A DNA stretch of 64,000 nt from Minisyncoccia bacterium (GTDB lineage: Bacteria; Patescibacteriota; Minisyncoccia; Phycocordibacterales; UBA918), in the NCBI GenBank assembly GCA_041736805.1, contig JBGSSW010000004.1, forward strand, positions 51,843-115,842. The letters run 5' to 3'. Positions 54,941 through 62,999 of the stretch are shown piece after piece (positions within the stretch are counted from its first letter, which is position 1; each line of letters opens with the position of its first letter). Under the pieces are notes generated by a model that was given only the letters and a program-made list of their open reading frames with translations, searched no databases and was not told the DNA's origin. Made by a program: the position numbers and the translations under genes.

Positions 54941-56275
54941 ATGGGAGAAATACTTAAAGTTATATTTACAGGCATCGCTGGACCTTTGTTTCTTGTTTTT
55001 GGAATACTGTTTTTTATATTTTTTCTAACTAGACTAAATTTAAACCCCGGACCGATTTTTTCGGTCATGATTGCCCTCACCCCTATTTGGCTACCAATAG
55101 CAATTTTTTTCATTACTTTTGAGCGTTGGATGTATTACATCCAAAACAAATTTGTTTTTAATACGGGACGCAGTACCTTGCGAATTAATTTACCGCAAGA
55201 AATTTTTAAATCTCCTGAAGCTATGGAAAGTGTTATTGCTCAAATTCACAACGTCAATACACCAGATAATCTAATGCAAACATATATAGACGGTAAACAT
55301 CCTTTGCCTTTTAGTTTTGAGCTAGTTTCCACGGGTGGAGAAGTGCGCTTTTATATTAATGTACCCACCAAAAAAACCAAAAATGCTTTAGAAGCTCAAC
55401 TTTATGCTCAGTATCCTGGCATTGAAGTAATTGAAGAGGACATGGACTATACCGATGAAATTAAATGGGATCCTGAACGTTATGAGTACATGGCTTTCCA
55501 TATGGGTAAAAAAGAAGCTGAGTCTTTTCCCATCAAGACCTATATTGATTTTGGTCTTGATAAACTACCTAAAGAGGAAGAGAAATTCGAACCAATGGCA
55601 CCAATGATTGAGGTGATGGGTAAAATAAAACCCCATGAAAGACTCTGGGTGCAAATTTTGGCAACTCCACACGTTAAAAAAACTTTTAAAAATGGCTACT
55701 TAATTGAGCAACAAACTTGGGACCATAAAACTAAAGCAACTATCAATGAAATGTTAAAAAGGGACCCAAGACCAGCAAATGAAATTGACGAGTATGAAAG
55801 AGCACCGATGCTAACCATGGGTGAAAGAGACACTATTGCAGCCATGGAAAGAAATGCCGGTAAATATGCTTTTGAAGTTGGGATTAGATGGATGTACATC
55901 ACAGAAAAGGGAAAATTTAATGGTGATGTAATTTCTCCTATGATTCGTGCCTTTGCTCAATACGACATAATTGGACGTAATAGCATTGGTGTACGCTGGC
56001 GCACAGATTTTGATTATAATTTTATTTCTGACCGCTCGGGAAAAAGGAAGCTACGAATGAAAAGACTAGAGTTAGCCAGATACAAGGATAGATTTTATTA
56101 TTACATGGACCGAAAGAATAGAGCCGACGCCCCGAAAGTATTTTCGGCTGAGGAACTGGCTACCATGTTCCATATCCCAGGTAGCTCTGTTGTTACTCCA
56201 ACCATGCCACGTATTACTTCAGCCAGAAAAGAAGCTCCAAGCAACTTGCCTACTGGTTTAAAGACAACTATCTAG
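54941..56275 (+). CDS. hypothetical membrane protein (two N-terminal TM helices, large soluble domain)
   Basis: ORF track start 54902 lies inside the upstream terminator hairpin, so the next in-frame ATG at 54941 (MGEILKV...) is preferred. No recognised domain. Confidence 0.45.
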   Translation: MGEILKVIFTGIAGPLFLVFGILFFIFFLTRLNLNPGPIFSVMIALTPIWLPIAIFFITFERWMYYIQNKFVFNTGRSTLRINLPQEIFKSPEAMESVIAQIHNVNTPDNLMQTYIDGKHPLPFSFELVSTGGEVRFYINVPTKKTKNALEAQLYAQYPGIEVIEEDMDYTDEIKWDPERYEYMAFHMGKKEAESFPIKTYIDFGLDKLPKEEEKFEPMAPMIEVMGKIKPHERLWVQILATPHVKKTFKNGYLIEQQTWDHKTKATINEMLKRDPRPANEIDEYERAPMLTMGERDTIAAMERNAGKYAFEVGIRWMYITEKGKFNGDVISPMIRAFAQYDIIGRNSIGVRWRTDFDYNFISDRSGKRKLRMKRLELARYKDRFYYYMDRKNRADAPKVFSAEELATMFHIPGSSVVTPTMPRITSARKEAPSNLPTGLKTTI

Positions 56276-56286
56276 ACTATTACGAC

Positions 56287-57318
56287 ATGTCTGACGAAAC
56301 AGAAAACATTATATTTGGGCAGTACAACGAATCTACTTTGGAAGCACCTCTTAAAAAAAATAAGTGGCTGTTTGTAATTTGCTTTCTTTCGCTGTTGACA
56401 CTGTTTTTTTCTTTATCACTGATTTTTATTAAAAATTACGCCACAAAGCCGCCAAATGAATTTCCAATTAATTCTACTTTTGTTGTTGAAAAAGGAGCTA
56501 GTACTTGGAGTGTAATTCAAGCGGCTAAGCAACAAAGATTAATCAGATATGAACTAGCCTTATATTTTGAATTAAAACTTAATCACCCAGAGGATTTAAT
56601 CAAGGCCGGTACCTATACTTTTTCTAAGCCCCTAGACTTAGCAGAGCTGGCTACTGAGCTGACTTTGGGAAATCACTTAAGCGATTTAGTTAAAATTACC
56701 AATATTGAAGGGGAAACTTCTGTTCAAGTGGCGAATAAAGCCGCTAGTGTCTTAACCAACTTTAACGCGCAAATTTTTATAGAAATGGCCAAACCACTCG
56801 AAGGAAGACTTTTTCCTGATACCTATTTAGTTCCCAAATACTTTACTGAAGCAAAATTAGTGTATTTACTTACTTCTACTTTTGAGGAAAAAATTTCAGC
56901 CTACAAGGATAGAATTTTAGCTAGTAAGCTCAGTTTGGATGATATTATTATCCTTGCTTCAATTTTAGAAAGAGAAGCAAATACTATGGAAAGCAAAAAA
57001 ATAGTTTCGGGTATTTTGCAAAAAAGACTTTCTATAAATATGCCCTTACAAGTAGACGCTTCACTTGAGTACGTACTTGATAAACCGCTTTCTAAACTTA
57101 CCGCCGAAGACTTAGATATAGACTCACCATACAACACATACTTAAATTATGGTTTACCTCCTACGGCAATAGGTAATCCAGGATTAGACTCGATTATCGC
57201 AGTTTTGGAGCCTGAAGAAACAAACTATCTTTTTTATATAACTGGAGACGATGGTAATTTTTATTACGCTAAAGATTTTGACACCCATAAATTAAATGTG
57301 GCCAAATACTTGCGCTAA
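56287..57318 (+). CDS. mltG: second MltG/YceG-like endolytic transglycosylase paralog
   Basis: N-terminal TM. LQVDASLEYV..., DIDSPYNTYLNYGLPPTAIGNPGLDSIIAVLEP...YLFYI is the YceG signature. Confidence 0.75.
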   Translation: MSDETENIIFGQYNESTLEAPLKKNKWLFVICFLSLLTLFFSLSLIFIKNYATKPPNEFPINSTFVVEKGASTWSVIQAAKQQRLIRYELALYFELKLNHPEDLIKAGTYTFSKPLDLAELATELTLGNHLSDLVKITNIEGETSVQVANKAASVLTNFNAQIFIEMAKPLEGRLFPDTYLVPKYFTEAKLVYLLTSTFEEKISAYKDRILASKLSLDDIIILASILEREANTMESKKIVSGILQKRLSINMPLQVDASLEYVLDKPLSKLTAEDLDIDSPYNTYLNYGLPPTAIGNPGLDSIIAVLEPEETNYLFYITGDDGNFYYAKDFDTHKLNVAKYLR

Positions 57319-57345
57319 TTCAGTAGCGTGATAATTTACTAAATC

Positions 57346-58410
57346 ATGAACAAGAAAAAAACTGTTTTTATTGGTCTTTCGGGTGGGGTAGATTCTTCTG
57401 TCGCTGCTCTTAGACTTTTGCAATCAGGCTATAATGTAGTCGGAGTTTTTATAAAAGTTTGGCATCCAGATTTTTTGGTTTGCAATTGGGAGCAAGAAAG
57501 ACTTGATGCTATGAGAGTGGCTGCTCATTTGGACATTAAATTTTTAACCTGCAACGCAGAAACAACCTACAAAGATGAAGTAGCTGATTATTTTATTAGC
57601 GAGTATCAGGCTGGACGAACCCCAAATCCTGACGTAATGTGCAACAAAAGTGTTAAATTTGGCGCTTTTTTGAAATTCGCCAAGGAAAATGGAGCTGACT
57701 ATATTGCTACCGGGCACTATGCTCAAAAAATTACTGCGAATGAGGAAGTTGAATTACATAGAGGAATTGATGGAAATAAAGATCAGTCATATTTTTTATG
57801 GTCACTAGATAGAGAACAACTTAAATCAGTTTTACTTCCGGTTGGAGATACTGCCAAAGAACAAATTAGAGCCGAAGCAACCAAAGCTAAAATACCGACA
57901 GCCACAAAGAAAGATAGTCAAGGGGTTTGCTTTCTTGGTCATATCGACATCAGAGATTTTTTATCTCATTACGTTGAACTAAAGAAGGGCAATGTACAAG
58001 ACGAGGTTGGAAATGTAATTGGAACACACAGCGGTTCACTAATTTACACAATTGGGCAAAGACATGGATTTGATGTCACCGTTATGGCCGAAAAAAGAGC
58101 TGCCTATTATGTCTGTGCAAAGAATCTTGAAAATAATACAATTACAGTTTCCACTACTCAACCAAAACTTAATGTCAGTAACGAAATGACTATTTCAAAT
58201 TTAGAGTTTAGAAAGCAAATTATCGTCGGAGAAAAATACGAAGCTCAGACTAGATATAGACAAAAACCATTTCTAGTTGAAATTTTGTCGATACAACAAA
58301 ATACTGGGGCTAAGTTAAAAATTCTAGAGACAACTGAAGCAGCTGCCAGTGGACAGTCCTGTGTACTATACTTAGGTAGCCAGTGCCTGGGAGGTGGTAT
58401 CATAGTTTAA
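57346..58410 (+). CDS. mnmA: tRNA-specific 2-thiouridylase
   Basis: PP-loop VFIGLSGGVDSSVAA. NPDVMCNKSVKFGAFLKFAKENGADYIATGHYA. Cys residues for persulfide relay (CFLGHIDI). Confidence 0.9.
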   Translation: MNKKKTVFIGLSGGVDSSVAALRLLQSGYNVVGVFIKVWHPDFLVCNWEQERLDAMRVAAHLDIKFLTCNAETTYKDEVADYFISEYQAGRTPNPDVMCNKSVKFGAFLKFAKENGADYIATGHYAQKITANEEVELHRGIDGNKDQSYFLWSLDREQLKSVLLPVGDTAKEQIRAEATKAKIPTATKKDSQGVCFLGHIDIRDFLSHYVELKKGNVQDEVGNVIGTHSGSLIYTIGQRHGFDVTVMAEKRAAYYVCAKNLENNTITVSTTQPKLNVSNEMTISNLEFRKQIIVGEKYEAQTRYRQKPFLVEILSIQQNTGAKLKILETTEAAASGQSCVLYLGSQCLGGGIIV

Positions 58411-58412
58411 TG

Positions 58413-59252
58413 CACCTGCAAATAAAAAAAGCAGACGGTACTTTCGAATTTTTTAAAATCGAAAAACTAAGACGCTCTCTGCGCAGAGCTGGAGCTTCTC
58501 CTGATGAGGTAAATAACGTGGTAGCCAAGATAACTCAGGAGTTATACGAAGGGATACAGACGCAAGAAATTTATCGACGGGCATTTACTTTACTACGTGA
58601 AAGTGAATTACCGACAGCAGCTAGGTACTCGCTACGTAGAGCTTTGTTTGGACTTGGTCCAACAGGATTTCCTTTTGAGAGATTTATAGCCCGGCTTTTT
58701 GAAACAGATGGCTACAAAACTAAAACTGGAATTGTGCTGCAAGGACGCTGCGCTCCCCATGAAATTGATATTGCGGCTTACACTGATACACACAGCTTTG
58801 TCGGAGAAGCAAAGTTTCACTCTCGACCAGGGGTAAAATCGGACTTACAAGTAGCTTTATATTCTTACGCTCGGCTAATTGACTTAAAAGGAACTACTAT
58901 TTGTTCCGATGACATTTGTAGTATTCAAGAATTTTGGTTAATTACTAACACAAAATTTACTTCAACCGCTGAAGAGTACGGTGAATGCGTTGGAATTAAG
59001 ATGCTTAGCTGGGATTACCCAAAACACAACAATCTTCATGACCGAATCCAAAGAGCTAAAATATACCCAATTACTGTTCTACAAAGTCTAAATTCTGCCC
59101 AGATAGCTACCCTGATAGCTAGAGATATCATTGTTTGTAACGATATTGTTGACAACCAAGGTGCGTTAAGACATTTACACCTCTCTTCACCTAAACTTCA
59201 GGCTGTCATGAATGAGGTAAATGAAATATGTGAAAAGAAAATAACCGCTTAA
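58413..59252 (+). CDS. ATP-cone domain fused to Mrr-like PD-(D/E)XK restriction-endonuclease-fold domain
   Basis: ORF track 58383 start overlaps mnmA. ATG 58413 (MHLQIKKADGTFEFFKIEKLRRSLRRAG...) begins a typical ATP-cone. Then GFPFERFIARLFETDGYKT...HEIDIAAY...FVGEAKFH carries the D...E-x-K nuclease motif. Confidence 0.6.
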   Translation, partial: HLQIKKADGTFEFFKIEKLRRSLRRAGASPDEVNNVVAKITQELYEGIQTQEIYRRAFTLLRESELPTAARYSLRRALFGLGPTGFPFERFIARLFETDGYKTKTGIVLQGRCAPHEIDIAAYTDTHSFVGEAKFHSRPGVKSDLQVALYSYARLIDLKGTTICSDDICSIQEFWLITNTKFTSTAEEYGECVGIKMLSWDYPKHNNLHDRIQRAKIYPITVLQSLNSAQIATLIARDIIVCNDIVDNQGALRHLHLSSPKLQAVMNEVNEICEKKITA

Positions 59253-59337
59253 AATAGAGATATTGTCAATATGGACCATATTTCCCTTATGATATAATTG
59301 GCATTATTACTATATATTCAGAAATTCAAATACCAAT

Positions 59338-59880
59338 ATGTTAGATGAAAAGCAAGAAGGGCAAAAGACTGTAGTCTCGTTTATAGTAGGTCTACTCATT
59401 GGAGGACTCCTAGTGTGGGCATTCTCAGGGCCAGAAGTTAAAGCACCAAGCGATAAGGATGACGATAAGGATGGAAAAGAAATGATGGATGAAGAAAAAG
59501 ATACAAATGAAGATGTAACAAAAACTGAAGAAAAAACAGAGGTGGTTCCAGTAGCAGTACTCCCAGTCGGAGACGGTAAAGTAACAACAGAAAATCAAGC
59601 CGCTGGCTCAGTTACAAAACTTACTTCAGCTGTTTTTCCAGTGAGCGAAGGCTGGATTGGTGTTAGAGATTACCAAAATGGTCAGCTAGGTGGGCTACTG
59701 GGCGTGGTTAGATTTAGTGAAGAACAAGGATTAGTGCCAAGTGAAGTAATCTTACAAAGAGCTACCGAAGCCGGAAAAGATTATGCTGTGGTAGTTTATA
59801 CCGAAAGTGGTGATAGACAGTTTAGTTTGGCAGACGACAAACAATTGGATTCTGTTTTTGCTACCTTTACTGCTGAATAG
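59338..59880 (+). CDS. hypothetical membrane-anchored acidic protein
   Basis: TM (VVSFIVGLLIGGLLVWAF), then an acidic low-complexity linker and a beta-rich C-terminal domain. Confidence 0.4.
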   Translation: MLDEKQEGQKTVVSFIVGLLIGGLLVWAFSGPEVKAPSDKDDDKDGKEMMDEEKDTNEDVTKTEEKTEVVPVAVLPVGDGKVTTENQAAGSVTKLTSAVFPVSEGWIGVRDYQNGQLGGLLGVVRFSEEQGLVPSEVILQRATEAGKDYAVVVYTESGDRQFSLADDKQLDSVFATFTAE

Positions 59881-59902
59881 TAGATACAATCTTTATGCTA
59901 CA

Positions 59903-59929
59903 AAAAAGCCCGCTGGGGCTTTTTTGTTA
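59903..59929 (+). terminator. rho-independent terminator (AAAAGCCC-gctg-GGGCTTTTTT)
   Basis: GC stem flanked by A-tract and T-tract, right after the stop of the 59338 gene. Confidence 0.55.
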
Positions 59930-59959
59930 CCCAAATTACTATAGTGTTATACTTATCTC

Positions 59960-60754
59960 ATGGCAGAATTTAAAAAATACTATAACCCCAATCGAAGTAG
60001 TGAGTGGAACTATGGCGGAGAAAAATGGCGCCTATCACGTTCAAAAATTGACTTTTTTATTGAATGTCCACGTTGTTTTTATCTTGATAACAAACTTGGC
60101 ACCAAGCGCCCAGGTTTTCCCTCTTTCAATTTAAACATTGCGGTTGACGAGTTGTACAAGAAAGAATTTGACATTCATCGTGCCGCCAAAACGCCACATC
60201 CAATTATGAAGAAGTATAAAATTGAAGCGGTCCCTTTTTTGCACAAAAATATGGATAAATGGCGCGATCCATTTGTTGGTATCGAATATAAGGAACCCAA
60301 AACTGGTTTAATGGTATCGGGAGGGGTTGATGATATTTGGGAAACAAAAAAGAAATCGTTAATTATAGTTGATTATAAATCAACATCTAAAGCGGGTTCC
60401 ATTACTGAGCTTTCAGATAGTCCCTGGGATCAACAATATACTAGACAACTTGGAGTCTATCGCTGGTTACTAGAGAAAAACAACTTTGCAGTCGAACCAA
60501 GAGGTTACTTGGTTTATGCCAATGCAAGTAAGGAAGAAGCTGCTTTTGCTGACAAGTTGGTCTTTGAAACCACGTTAGTGTCAGTAGAAACTGATACGAA
60601 TTGGATATTACCAACATTACGAGACATTAAAATTTGTCTTGAGGGCGACGATTTACCAGCTATAGGTGAAAACTGTGAATTTTGTCCCTATCGTGAAGCT
60701 AGCGGTAAAAAACTTCAGGCCATCCATTATGCAAAAATTAAAGTCAAAAAGTAA
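59960..60754 (+). CDS. Cas4/RecB-like PD-(D/E)XK nuclease with four Cys (Fe-S cluster-type), standalone
   Basis: N-terminal ECPRCFY. Motif II/III IIVDYKSTSK. QLGVYRWLL (QxxxY). C-terminal CEFCPY. No CRISPR array or other cas genes in the window. Confidence 0.65.
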   Translation: MAEFKKYYNPNRSSEWNYGGEKWRLSRSKIDFFIECPRCFYLDNKLGTKRPGFPSFNLNIAVDELYKKEFDIHRAAKTPHPIMKKYKIEAVPFLHKNMDKWRDPFVGIEYKEPKTGLMVSGGVDDIWETKKKSLIIVDYKSTSKAGSITELSDSPWDQQYTRQLGVYRWLLEKNNFAVEPRGYLVYANASKEEAAFADKLVFETTLVSVETDTNWILPTLRDIKICLEGDDLPAIGENCEFCPYREASGKKLQAIHYAKIKVKK

Positions 60755-61004
60755 GAGGAACTTCAGTCTAGAGGTAAAGAATGTGGTTAAGAACATCCCA
60801 CGTGGCCAGACTCTTTCCTACAAAGAAGTGGCCACACTAGCTGGCAATGCGAAAGCCGCCCGAGCTGTAGCCAGAGTGATGTCTACTAATTATGATGAGA
60901 GTATTCCTTGTCATCGGGTAATTAGGAGTGACGGCACCTTTGGTGGCTATAACCGTGGTGGAGAGCTGGTCAAACGTGATATATTAGAGTCTGAATCTAA
61001 ATAA
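60729..61004 (+). CDS. ogt: methylated-DNA--protein-cysteine methyltransferase, minimal single-domain form
   Basis: Active-site PCHRV present (IPCHRVIRSDGTFGGY). HTH (LSYKEVATLAGNAKAARAVA). Internal ATG 60729 chosen; the ORF-track 60666 start overlaps the upstream gene by ~90 nt. Confidence 0.7.
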   Translation: MQKLKSKSKRNFSLEVKNVVKNIPRGQTLSYKEVATLAGNAKAARAVARVMSTNYDESIPCHRVIRSDGTFGGYNRGGELVKRDILESESK

Positions 61005-61125
61005 ACGTTATGATCAATGACTCAGAACTAACAAGATTTAACCAAGAACTAAATAGTCTAAGAGATAGCGAAAGAGAGACTGAAGAAGAAAGAAGAAGAA
61101 CAGAGGCAAATAAAAAATAACTTAT

Positions 61126-61728
61126 ATGTACTCCTATCGAGTCGAACAAGCCATTAGAGCAGCGGCAGTGCTGCACAAAAACCAACTTCGAAAGGGTTCA
61201 ATGCCTTTTCCATACATCACCCACTTAGTAGCCACAGCTTTTACTTTGATGGACTACAGCGACGATGAAGACGTTATAATTGCTGGGCTACTTCACGATA
61301 CACTTGAAGACACGGACTATACCATTGATGAATTACAAGAAGATTTTGGGGGACGCGTACGAGAGATTGTTGAAGCAGTAACCGAACCGAAAAGTACGCC
61401 GGAAAACAGAATTGCTTGGAAAGATAGAAAAAAGGCTTATGTGGAATTACTCAAAAAAGGACCGAAGGAATCAGTCTTAGTGGCTGCAGCAGACAAGATA
61501 CATAACTTTAGAACTTTAGTTGAAGATTACTCTGATGGTCACGACAGATTCATGACTGACTTTGGTAAAAATTTTGATGAAAGACTTGAAGTTTACCAAC
61601 TAATTGCCAACGTTATAAACAATCGACTAGAAGGAAGTATTTTAGCTGAATTTAACCACGTTTTTGAGGAATATAAACAATTTTTATACAATGTCAAAGA
61701 AACAGAAGAAAAAAGATATACTATCTAA
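61126..61728 (+). CDS. HD-domain (p)ppGpp hydrolase-like protein (SpoT/RelA hydrolase domain only; small alarmone hydrolase type)
   Basis: YITHLVATAFTLMDYSDDEDVIIAGLLHDTLEDTDYTIDELQEDFGGRVREIVEAVTE matches the RelA/SpoT HD domain (HD...LHDxxED). No synthetase domain. Confidence 0.75.
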   Translation: MYSYRVEQAIRAAAVLHKNQLRKGSMPFPYITHLVATAFTLMDYSDDEDVIIAGLLHDTLEDTDYTIDELQEDFGGRVREIVEAVTEPKSTPENRIAWKDRKKAYVELLKKGPKESVLVAAADKIHNFRTLVEDYSDGHDRFMTDFGKNFDERLEVYQLIANVINNRLEGSILAEFNHVFEEYKQFLYNVKETEEKRYTI

Positions 61729-62998
61729 GGATTTTCGAAAAATACGTGAGGTAGATGGAATTACTGAGTATGTTTTAATAAATAACGGGCTACGCGTGCT
61801 TCATAAACATATTCCGAAAACCGGTGTAATTACCACAAATATTACCTATTTGGTTGGCTCAAGAGATGAACAGCCAGGTGAGACAGGTGTTGCACATATG
61901 CTTGAACACATGCTATTTAAACCGACCAAACAAGATATTGCAAAAAAAATACCTAGCGGCGCAATGGAATTTGAAAGAAACGTTGGCGTGGTTTTGAATG
62001 CTAATACTTGGAAAGACAGAACCACTTATTATTTTTCCTATGGCAAGGAACACTTTTCGGAGGCACTTTTAATTGAAGCGCAAAGAATGAGGGACGTGGT
62101 TTTATCTGATAAAGAATTTCTTCCAGAGCGGACAAATGTCCTTAGTGAGTTTGATATGTATAATGGTGACCCTCACTTTGCTTTAGCTGTTGACATGACC
62201 TGCTCGGCTTTTATTTCTCACCCTTATGGCCACGAGACAATAGGCTTTAGAGAGGACATTGAGGCCTATACGATCAGCAAACTCCAGAAATTCTATAATC
62301 ACTTTTATCGACCAAACAATGCTGTTTTAATGGTCATTGGTGATGTTGACGCTAGTGTCGCCCTAAAAGAAATCGCGGTTAAATTCAAGCATTTAGAAGC
62401 TGAGCCTAATGTAATGGATAGACCAATAATAGTAGAACCAAAACAAGAGGGGACAAGAAGGGTGGAAGTAGTCCGACCAGGAATTACTAATATTCTCGCC
62501 CTAGGCTTCAAACATCCAGCTTTCCCAGAACAAGGTTGGTTCGAAACTTGTATTATTTTACGCTTATTAACAGATGGCTCGGACAGCATCCTAGCTAAAA
62601 AGTTAATCGATACTGGTTTGGCTTCAGGAATTTCAGTCAGTCAATCCTTTTCCAAGGATAAGGATTTAGCAACAATTTATGTTACTTTGACTAAAAAAAC
62701 TACTCATAAAAGAGCTGAGGAATTAATCCTAGGATTAATTCGTGAAATATCAGTTACTACTATTAAAAAACAACTAAAACCAATTATTACCAAGATGGTT
62801 ACTGAGGAAATCTTTTCAAGAGACAGTAGCCTAAATATTGCCGCCGAACTAACAGAATATGTAGCTGCCGGGAAGTGGGAAGCTTACGTCGAAACAGAGA
62901 CCATCTTGAAAAAGATTAAACTTAAAGACATAAAAGTTCGTATGGACGAACTTTTTATTAATTCCAACTTAACTATTGGTAACTACAAAAGTATTTAG
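61691..62998 (+). CDS. M16-family zinc peptidase (insulinase-like), catalytic subunit
   Basis: HxxEH zinc motif (GVAHMLEHMLFKPT). Size and C-terminal half typical of M16B. Confidence 0.75.
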   Translation: MSKKQKKKDILSKDFRKIREVDGITEYVLINNGLRVLHKHIPKTGVITTNITYLVGSRDEQPGETGVAHMLEHMLFKPTKQDIAKKIPSGAMEFERNVGVVLNANTWKDRTTYYFSYGKEHFSEALLIEAQRMRDVVLSDKEFLPERTNVLSEFDMYNGDPHFALAVDMTCSAFISHPYGHETIGFREDIEAYTISKLQKFYNHFYRPNNAVLMVIGDVDASVALKEIAVKFKHLEAEPNVMDRPIIVEPKQEGTRRVEVVRPGITNILALGFKHPAFPEQGWFETCIILRLLTDGSDSILAKKLIDTGLASGISVSQSFSKDKDLATIYVTLTKKTTHKRAEELILGLIREISVTTIKKQLKPIITKMVTEEIFSRDSSLNIAAELTEYVAAGKWEAYVETETILKKIKLKDIKVRMDELFINSNLTIGNYKSI

Positions 62999-62999
62999 T

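Noticed and set aside
59960-60754. Cas4-like nuclease as evidence for a CRISPR-Cas locus
   Set aside because: No repeat-spacer array and no cas1, cas2 or effector genes anywhere in the 64 kb. Standalone Cas4/RecB-family nucleases are common, so it is annotated as a solitary PD-(D/E)XK nuclease.
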